This document shows positions 63,435 to 64,000 of a stretch of 64,000 nt of DNA, piece after piece. The notes below the pieces were generated by a model. That model was not told the DNA's origin. It searched no databases and saw only the letters and a program-made list of their open reading frames with translations. Location: contig NW_027361707.1 of assembly GCF_039654945.1 (NCBI RefSeq), forward strand, positions 36,270,001 through 36,334,000, given 5' to 3'. Position 1 is the stretch's first letter; every line of letters begins with the position of its first letter. This DNA comes from Dendrobates tinctorius (lineage: Eukaryota). A program made the translations under genes and the position numbers.

Positions 63435-63871
63435 GGCTAATTTCACATTAGCGTTTTTTTGCGCAGCGCATCGTGCGCAATACAAACGCATACAAAAAAC
63501 GCATGATGTGTTTTTGCATGCGTTTGCGTTTTTTTATGCGCATTCGTTCTCTAGGGGTTAAAATCAGTGTCTACACATTTACCCCAAAAACGCATGCGCA
63601 CGAAAACACAGACGAACGCATGTCCATGCGCACACCTGCATTCCCATAGACTGTAATGCGTTATTTTGTCACATTCCGTGCGCATGCGTTTTTTTACGCC
63701 TTTCAGTGGACCCAAAAATGCAACAGGTTGCGTCGGGCACGCCTAGGCGCACACGGCGAAAAAACGCGTGTGCACGAAAACGCATGCGCACGCCATGTTA
63801 AACATAGGTACACATGCGCATGGACACGCACGTTGTGCTGCGCCAAAAAAAATGCTTATGTAAAACTAGCC
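63435..63871. mobile_element. Harbinger-type MITE (same TIR family as 18365-18749)
   Basis: GGCTAATTTCACATTAGCG / TGCTTATGTAAAACTAGCC, with TAA TSD. Confidence 0.8.
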
Positions 63872-64000
63872 TAAAGTGGTCTGACCCTGCCAATGTAGGA
63901 GAGGTCAGCAGTGAGTCCGTGTACGGGGGTCTATGACAGGTCAGACACCTGTTTAAAAGCATCAACCCTTTTGTTCTCCATGGAGATGAGCTGACGCTGG

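Overview
Eukaryotic, vertebrate DNA. The repeat families (TTAA T2/Kolobok-type MITEs, Harbinger MITEs, DIRS1, CR1, Tc1, V-SINE-like, Penelope fragments) suggest a frog; this is an inference. The window holds the conserved QDPR(-)/CLRN2(+)/LAP3(+) block, most of which the ORF track misses. QDPR coding exons 1-5 are present (exons 6-7 should lie left of the window). CLRN2 is complete (3 exons, 232 aa). LAP3 coding exons 1-4 are present. Introns and intergenic DNA are dense with transposons: a degenerate DIRS1 element (1-5101), a 5'-truncated CR1 LINE, and several nested Tc1/LTR/MITE stacks. A 9.7-kb Harbinger element (43920-53645) has perfect TIRs, an intact spliced transposase and a broken Myb/SANT partner gene. 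Two copies of a piggyBac-ended non-coding element carry a ~390-bp internal satellite and a telomere-like (CCCTAA)n tract. Most notable: minimal hammerhead-ribozyme motifs in three QDPR introns, the Harbinger with cognate MITEs, the telomere/satellite-carrying element, a probable GC-AG intron in LAP3, and loss of the LAP3 internal start Met. No rRNA, tRNA or CRISPR was seen. One 148-N gap lies at 50034-50181.
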